From positions 1 to 64,000 of the forward strand of contig JBFXLE010000009.1 in NCBI GenBank assembly GCA_050173015.1: a stretch of 64,000 nt of DNA, read 5' to 3'. Shown piece by piece: positions 58,049 to 64,000 of this stretch. The stretch comes from Calditrichaceae bacterium. GTDB taxonomy: Bacteria; Calditrichota; Calditrichia; Calditrichales; JBFXGD01. The notes beneath the pieces are model-generated. The model made no database searches. It was not told the origin of the DNA and saw only the letters and a program-made list of their open reading frames with translations. Positions within the stretch are counted from its first letter, which is position 1. Every line of letters begins with the position of its first letter. Position numbers and translations under genes: made by a program.

Positions 58049-61000
58049 TTATTCATCCCGGTTATCATTTAATTCTGACAACATATTATCAAGCTCCTCC
58101 TGATCTAAATTGACGTCAAGAAAGTCGGATGGTGTGTAATCACCGGAAGCGGTTTTCTCACAATGGTCAATTAATTGCTGAAGTTCATCCATGATATTTG
58201 TTAAGAACCGTCTGACCGTCTCTTCTTTGATTAAATTACCGCTGTAATCAATGGAGAGATTAAGACTGTCGTTTACAATCGTACCGCTGATATCCAGCAG
58301 GTGTGTTCTTTTAGCGTTTGGGGCGCGTTCGGCGCCGGTATTGGGATCAATTTCATCGAAAATGTCACCGGAATCCCGCAAACCGAACTGTCCGAGATAA
58401 TTGAATGAAATTTCCGGAACAGGGGCCGCCTTGAACCGCTTTCGGATGATCATGTCATCGCTTAAATAACGGAGCAATCCGAATCCTATGCCGTGATTAG
58501 GAATCATTCTCATCTGCTCTTTTACAGTTTTAAGCGTATCCTGAATTTGAATCGTTCCATTCATGTACAGCGACACCGGATACGCCGCCGTAAACCAACC
58601 AACTGTCCTTGAGAGATCAACATCATCAAAAAGATCTTCCCGGCCGTGACCTTCAAGCTGAATATACATATGATGTTTTCCGGTCCATTTAGCGTGGGAC
58701 CGGATTATGGCCGTGAGCAGATTTTCCTGTATTTGCGTATTGTACAAAGACGGTACGGATTTTAAGAGTTTTTGTGTTTGTCGCGCTTCCAATATGGAAC
58801 TTAATCTCTGTGTGGACGATTCACTGTTCCTGCCGTCCGGAAAATCAACGGGCAACAATTGTTTTTCCACCGGGAATTGATTCTGCCAGAAAGGTACTTC
58901 TTGCGGATTTATTTTATCATTCGCGAATTTCTTTAGTTTTTCTGTCCATGTTTTGAATGAAGTTGTTTTTGGAGGAAGTTCAATTGTTCTCCCTGATTGA
59001 CTCCAATGATACGCGGAAACGAGATCTTCCAGCAGAATTCTCCAGGAAATTCCGTCCATCGCCAGGTGATGAATTGCAATAAATAATCTGTCGGATAGTG
59101 TTGGATCCAACCTGAAATAGGCCGCGTTTATGAGAGTCCCGGAGGAAAGATTAATACCGGCCTGCAGCATATTGCACTCATCTGTTATTCGTTTTGTTTG
59201 ATGCTCAACGGGAATATCTGTTAAATCAATGACTGAAAATGGGATATCCTTCGGATTATCAGAAAATGATTGGAGAATTGTTTTATTCTCTAAGACAATT
59301 TTTAATCTAAGAGCGTCATGATGGCTGATAAGCTCCCGGAATACATTCTCCAGAGATCCGGTATCCATCCTGTTAGTTGTCTTAAGGAGTACAGACTGAT
59401 TCCAATGATGCTTTTCGATAAAATCCTGCTCAAAGAACCACTTCTGAATCGGGGATAATTCCGCCGTACCGGTGACGATTCCCTGATCAGTGATTATTTC
59501 CTTTTTTGTTACCGCTACGGATGCCAGAAATTCAATGGTCGGGTTTTCAAAAAGCTGCCGGGGTGAAAGGATCAGACCGGCATTTTTTGCTCTGGCGATC
59601 GCCTGAATGCTGAGAATTGAATCACCGCCAAGTTCGAAAAAGTTATCTTTTATGCCGATTTTATCAATACCCAATAATTCCCGCCAGATTTTTACAAGGA
59701 TTTCTTCGCGCTCACTACCGGGGGCGATGTAACCTGTTTTTAAATCAGACCGGCTGATTTCAGGTTCAGGCAGGGATTTTCGGTCCACCTTTCCTGTCGC
59801 GGCTACCGGCATCTTATCCAGAAACATAAACATGGCCGGAATCATGTAGTCAGGCAGTGTAGATTTCAGATAGGCTTTTAGTTGTTCGGTGGATACCTTA
59901 TCCCGATCGGCCGGAACGATATAGGCAATCAACTGCCTGTTTCCCGCCACTTCTTTACTCATGACGATGGCTTCTTCAACTTCATCATGAAGCAGCAGGG
60001 AGGACTCTATTTCGCCAAGTTCAATCCTGAACCCGCGGATTTTGACCTGATTGTCGATTCGCCCAAGAAATTCGATGTTTCCATCCGGAAGAAATCTAGT
60101 CAGATCACCGCTTTTATACATGCGGCTTCCTCCATCCGGGTTGAAAGGATCGGGTATGAATTTTCCCGCTGTCAAATCGGGTCTGTTCAAATACCCTCTG
60201 GCCAGCCCTTCGCCTCCTATATGCATTTCTCCGGGTATCCCTTCCGGCACCGGTTGCAGGTCCTTGTCCAGAATATAAATTCTGTAATTCGGGAGGGGGC
60301 GCCCGATGGGAATATTATTTCTTTCCGCGGATAATTTTTCTGTCAGATACCAGGAAGCGGCAACGGTTGTCTCGGTGGGGCCGTAGGCATTGTAAAATTG
60401 GCGTCCGCGTGACCATCGGTCCACAATTTCTCTGGTGCATACATCTCCCCCGGAGGCCAGGGTATCAAGATCGGGGAATTGGTCGCCATCGATCACGGAC
60501 AGGACGGATGGCGGAAGAACAGCATTGGTTATCTGACCCTGTTTCATCAGTTTTACAAATCCTTCTCCCGGCAGCATTGAGTCCTGACTGGTAAGATAAA
60601 GAGTCGCGCCCGATGTTAAAGCCGTAAATATATCGGCGACTGATCCGTCAAAGCTGTAGGAAAAGAACTGTATAACGCGTCGATTCTTATGGATATTAAA
60701 TTTTTTCTGATAAGCCAGAGCCAGATTCAGAACACTGCGGTGCCGAATGGTAACACCTTTTGGACGGCCGGTCGAACCTGAAGTGAATATTACATATGCC
60801 AGATTGAGTTCACAGACATCCGTTTTTGGATTTTTAGCACTTTCGGCAGCAAAATAGTCAGAATCACTGTCAAAACTGATCAATTCTGTATTTGTACCGG
60901 GAAAACCGTCTAAAAAACGATCCTGTGTCAGTATATATTTTATTCCACAGTCCCGAATGGCAAATGCCAGTCTTTCACGTGGATAATATGGATCAAGAGG

Positions 61001-64000
61001 TACATAAGCAGCCCCCGATTTAAGTATTCCCAGGATTCCTGCTATCATTTCAATCGAACGCTCTACCGAAAGACCAATAAATTGTTCGGGGCCCGCGCCT
61101 TTTTTGATCAGATAATTTGCGATCTGATTGGCGCGATTATTCAATTCCCGGTATGTGATGCGTGTGTCTTCAAATACAAGGGCGATTGTATCGGGTGTTT
61201 TTTCTGCCTGCTGCTCAAAATATTGATGAATTGTTACGTCACGCGGATAATCGCCTGAAATGTTGTTCCAGCCATGTATAATTTTATTAAAATCAGTCGT
61301 TGAGAGCAGGGGATAGGTCGAAATCCTGCTTTCAGGCTGATCAATGACAGCGGTCAGTACATTTTCAAAATGAGTATGCATCCTCATGATCGTGGCTTCA
61401 TGAAATAAATCGGCGCAATATTCCCAGCTGCAGTCGTATTGCTCTTTATTGTCCGTTATGTTCAGGGTAAGATCGAATTTTGATGTTCGCGTATTGATTT
61501 CAACCGATTCGATATTCAGGCCCTCCAGATTCAGTGACTGAATTGATTGTTGCTGATAGGCGAACATGACTTGAAAAATCGGTGAGTGACTCAGTCTTCG
61601 CTCGATTTCCAGACCGTCCACAATCTTCTCGAACGGAATATCCTGATGGGCAAGCACATTTAATGTGGTTTGTTTTATCCGGTTCAGGTATTCACCGAAA
61701 GTGGGATTATCATCAAAATCTCCCCGAACAATGAGGGTATTGACAAAGAAACCGATTAAATTTTCGATTTCCCTATGATTCCTGTTAGCGACCGGAGTCC
61801 CTACCAGAACCGTATTTTGGCCCGAATACCGGTGTAATATCACCTGAAAGACCGAGAGAAGAACCATAAATGGTGTGGTTTCCGTTTTCTTGCTGAACAA
61901 TCGGATTTTATCAGTCAGTCCCACGGGTAAGCTGAAATGAATCACATTCCCGTTGAAAGACTGCACAGCTTTCCTCGGCCTGTCCGTTGGCAGTTCCAGA
62001 ATTGTGGAAGCGCCGAGAAGCTGTTTTTTCCAAAAATTGATTTCCCTTTGGATACGATCCTTTGACATCCATTCTTTTTGCCATACCGCGAAATCAGAAT
62101 ATTGAACATCAAGTTCAGGCAGTTCGGGTGTTTCATCCTTAAGATAAGCGTTATATAACACATTTATTTCTTTCATAAGCACCTCCATCGACCATCCGTC
62201 AGAAATGATATGGTGCATATTCCAGAAAAATGTGTGCTGTTCTTCGGTCAGCTTAATAAGTTTTGTTGTAAACAGCGGTACGGCGGACAAATCGAACGAA
62301 TATTGTGCTTCCTTTTCAAGGATATCAAAAAGAATTTTTTCTTTTTCCGGGTTATCGGAGAGATCGATTTCCGGCAGATCGATATTTAGCCGGTCATATA
62401 CCTGGAGACGCGCGATACCGTCGATCGTTTGAAACGCGGATCTGAGAATATTATGCCGGTTCACGGTAAACCGGATGCTCTTTAGTAGTGCCTCTTTATC
62501 TAATTTTCCCGTAAGCCTGATTGCGGCGGCGATGTTATAGTTATGATTACCCGGTTCAAACTGATCAATAAACCAGAGTCTCTCCTGCGCGAAAGAAAGT
62601 ATTGGCGTGACCTTCTCCGGCGCGGGCCGGATGACCGAATATTTTTCTGTTTGTTCCACAGTCCCGCCAGTCTCCGCGTTAATTGTATAGGATGAAATTA
62701 TCTCTTTGCCAAATAATCGTCCGGTAGTTTCTTCAAAATGACGGCTTAAATACGCGGCATATTGACCAATGGTAGGATAGATGAACGCTGTCCGGACCGA
62801 TAAGGACTCATCAAGTTTTTCCTGAATCCTGTTTATTAAAACCGCGGCCTGAAGTGAATTACCGCCGGATTCAAAAAAGTTGTCATGAATACCGCCAGGG
62901 GTTCGTTCCAGTACGTTTTCCCAGACTGAAAAAAGGAATCGTTCAAGGGAATTACGGGGTGGAACGTTTTCTGCTGATTCTGTGGAAGATTGATAGGGAT
63001 CCGGAAGGGAATTCCGGTCAATTTTTCCGTTTGGTGTCAACGGAAATTTTTCCAGCTTCCTCAGAACGGATGGTACCATATATTCGGGAAGACTATGCAA
63101 TAAAAAGTCCCTCAGAGCCTCCGGAGACGGATTCCCCCCTTTTTTGGGGATATAATAACCAATCAGATTGCCTGCGGTTGAACTGACTACTACCGCCTCG
63201 TCAATTTGATGATGAATTCTCAAATTATATTCAATCTCTCCAAGTTCTATCCTGAAGCCCCTCACCTTTACCTGGTGATCCAGTCGTCCAAGAAATTCGA
63301 CCGTTCCTTCGCTCATGAGACGTACACGGTCGCCGGTACGGTACATTCTGGATCCGGCATTGTCGGAAAAAGGATCGGGAATAAATTTTTCAGCCGTGAG
63401 CGCGGCTTTTTTGTAATATCCGCGTCCGACACCTTCACCCCCAATGAATAATTCACCCGGGATACCCGCGGGCAAAGGATTCATCCATGAATCGAGAATA
63501 TAAAATTTCCCGTTGGCTACCGGTCTTCCGATTGTTGGCCTTTCAGATGTAGGGACGACAGGAAACATGGTGGAATCAACAGTGCATTCAGTAGGACCGT
63601 ACATATTATAAAATTGTGTATCACGGAACTGATGAAGTTTTTGCCAGGTGTCTTCATCGATCGCCTCGCCTCCCGGTAGAACCGCGAGCGGTTTCCATCC
63701 CCGGCCATCGAATAGCCCTGAAAGAATAAGCAGTTTTAGCTGTGACGGTACACAATCCAGAACATCCAGTCTGTTTTTTCTTATAAACGAAACCAATCTG
63801 TCGCCATCGGCCCGGATGTCTTGTGGGATAATAATTATGGAATGTCCGAAGATCAGTGTCAGGATTTGTTGAACAGAAGCATCAAAGGCGATCGGGGCGT
63901 TCAAACTTACCCTCAGGCTTTCTCCATCATATCGTGAATAAACGGTTTCATAAAGGTTCGCGGCGAGATTCAGGGCAGAACGGTGCTGTATCATGGCGCC
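58049..64000 (-). CDS. NRPS truncated by the window edge: ...A(Gln/Glu)-T-C-A(unknown, Phe-clade)-T-E
   Basis: Frame open to base 64000 (...GAMIQH, just after the A3 motif). T motifs GGNS and GGDS, E motif HHLAMDGISW, C-terminal YTPSDF. Codes DAQDLGMVDK and DGAVAGAVAK. Confidence 0.93.
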   Translation of the reverse strand, partial: GAMIQHRSALNLAANLYETVYSRYDGESLRVSLNAPIAFDASVQQILTLIFGHSIIIIPQDIRADGDRLVSFIRKNRLDVLDCVPSQLKLLILSGLFDGRGWKPLAVLPGGEAIDEDTWQKLHQFRDTQFYNMYGPTECTVDSTMFPVVPTSERPTIGRPVANGKFYILDSWMNPLPAGIPGELFIGGEGVGRGYYKKAALTAEKFIPDPFSDNAGSRMYRTGDRVRLMSEGTVEFLGRLDHQVKVRGFRIELGEIEYNLRIHHQIDEAVVVSSTAGNLIGYYIPKKGGNPSPEALRDFLLHSLPEYMVPSVLRKLEKFPLTPNGKIDRNSLPDPYQSSTESAENVPPRNSLERFLFSVWENVLERTPGGIHDNFFESGGNSLQAAVLINRIQEKLDESLSVRTAFIYPTIGQYAAYLSRHFEETTGRLFGKEIISSYTINAETGGTVEQTEKYSVIRPAPEKVTPILSFAQERLWFIDQFEPGNHNYNIAAAIRLTGKLDKEALLKSIRFTVNRHNILRSAFQTIDGIARLQVYDRLNIDLPEIDLSDNPEKEKILFDILEKEAQYSFDLSAVPLFTTKLIKLTEEQHTFFWNMHHIISDGWSMEVLMKEINVLYNAYLKDETPELPELDVQYSDFAVWQKEWMSKDRIQREINFWKKQLLGASTILELPTDRPRKAVQSFNGNVIHFSLPVGLTDKIRLFSKKTETTPFMVLLSVFQVILHRYSGQNTVLVGTPVANRNHREIENLIGFFVNTLIVRGDFDDNPTFGEYLNRIKQTTLNVLAHQDIPFEKIVDGLEIERRLSHSPIFQVMFAYQQQSIQSLNLEGLNIESVEINTRTSKFDLTLNITDNKEQYDCSWEYCADLFHEATIMRMHTHFENVLTAVIDQPESRISTYPLLSTTDFNKIIHGWNNISGDYPRDVTIHQYFEQQAEKTPDTIALVFEDTRITYRELNNRANQIANYLIKKGAGPEQFIGLSVERSIEMIAGILGILKSGAAYVPLDPYYPRERLAFAIRDCGIKYILTQDRFLDGFPGTNTELISFDSDSDYFAAESAKNPKTDVCELNLAYVIFTSGSTGRPKGVTIRHRSVLNLALAYQKKFNIHKNRRVIQFFSYSFDGSVADIFTALTSGATLYLTSQDSMLPGEGFVKLMKQGQITNAVLPPSVLSVIDGDQFPDLDTLASGGDVCTREIVDRWSRGRQFYNAYGPTETTVAASWYLTEKLSAERNNIPIGRPLPNYRIYILDKDLQPVPEGIPGEMHIGGEGLARGYLNRPDLTAGKFIPDPFNPDGGSRMYKSGDLTRFLPDGNIEFLGRIDNQVKIRGFRIELGEIESSLLLHDEVEEAIVMSKEVAGNRQLIAYIVPADRDKVSTEQLKAYLKSTLPDYMIPAMFMFLDKMPVAATGKVDRKSLPEPEISRSDLKTGYIAPGSEREEILVKIWRELLGIDKIGIKDNFFELGGDSILSIQAIARAKNAGLILSPRQLFENPTIEFLASVAVTKKEIITDQGIVTGTAELSPIQKWFFEQDFIEKHHWNQSVLLKTTNRMDTGSLENVFRELISHHDALRLKIVLENKTILQSFSDNPKDIPFSVIDLTDIPVEHQTKRITDECNMLQAGINLSSGTLINAAYFRLDPTLSDRLFIAIHHLAMDGISWRILLEDLVSAYHWSQSGRTIELPPKTTSFKTWTEKLKKFANDKINPQEVPFWQNQFPVEKQLLPVDFPDGRNSESSTQRLSSILEARQTQKLLKSVPSLYNTQIQENLLTAIIRSHAKWTGKHHMYIQLEGHGREDLFDDVDLSRTVGWFTAAYPVSLYMNGTIQIQDTLKTVKEQMRMIPNHGIGFGLLRYLSDDMIIRKRFKAAPVPEISFNYLGQFGLRDSGDIFDEIDPNTGAERAPNAKRTHLLDISGTIVNDSLNLSIDYSGNLIKEETVRRFLTNIMDELQQLIDHCEKTASGDYTPSDFLDVNLDQEELDNMLSELNDNRDE

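Larger units (their letters stand above)
22290..64000 (-). other. NRPS biosynthetic gene cluster (3' part; at least 11 modules)
   Basis: Nine co-directional, closely spaced genes: five NRPS, MFS, MbtH, TEII, PPTase. Confidence 0.97.

Noticed and set aside
25473-64000. Numerous 60-150-aa alternative-frame and antisense ORFs inside the NRPS genes
   Set aside because: They recur opposite conserved A and C motifs (for example SVGPY), as expected for shadow ORFs; no independent evidence.
25473-64000. Identification as a tyrocidine/gramicidin-type cluster because of Phe, Asn, Gln and Orn
   Set aside because: Module order, E positions and gene partition differ, and no Pro-type or clear Val/Leu-type code is visible.
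25473-64000. Periodicity as an assembly artefact of collapsed or duplicated repeats
   Set aside because: Paralogous modules differ throughout in protein sequence and at synonymous sites, and every junction is distinct.

Overview
Bacterial genomic DNA. The gene content (a secreted protein with a T9SS-type/FlgD-Ig C-terminal domain, many lipoproteins, sigma54 signalling) suggests an FCB-related lineage such as Calditrichota; this is an inference. The left ~22 kb holds (1) a five-gene lipoprotein/ECF sigma/anti-sigma cassette bracketed by a 113-bp inverted repeat, followed by a repeat-rich spacer and a Spy-like gene that shares a candidate ECF promoter; (2) an Rrf2-cydABDC operon; (3) a znuACB-zur-like metal uptake operon; and (4) a lipoprotein / GAF-sigma54 activator / PEGA Ser-Thr kinase / membrane protein module upstream of a large secreted protein with a clear -24/-12 promoter. 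The right ~42 kb is the 3' part of a very large minus-strand NRPS cluster: five NRPS genes (the first truncated by the window edge), 11 visible modules, 3 epimerization domains and a terminal TE, followed by an MFS exporter, MbtH, type II TE and Sfp-type PPTase. The assembly line has strict 4-module periodicity. Specificity codes read by eye give ...Gln/Glu - D-X - X - Phe - Gln/Glu - D-Asn - X - Phe - Orn - D-Asn - X(TE). It appears to have arisen by tandem duplication of a two-gene unit, with a different docking motif at each junction. I do not recognise the product. No rRNA, tRNA, CRISPR array or transposase was seen.
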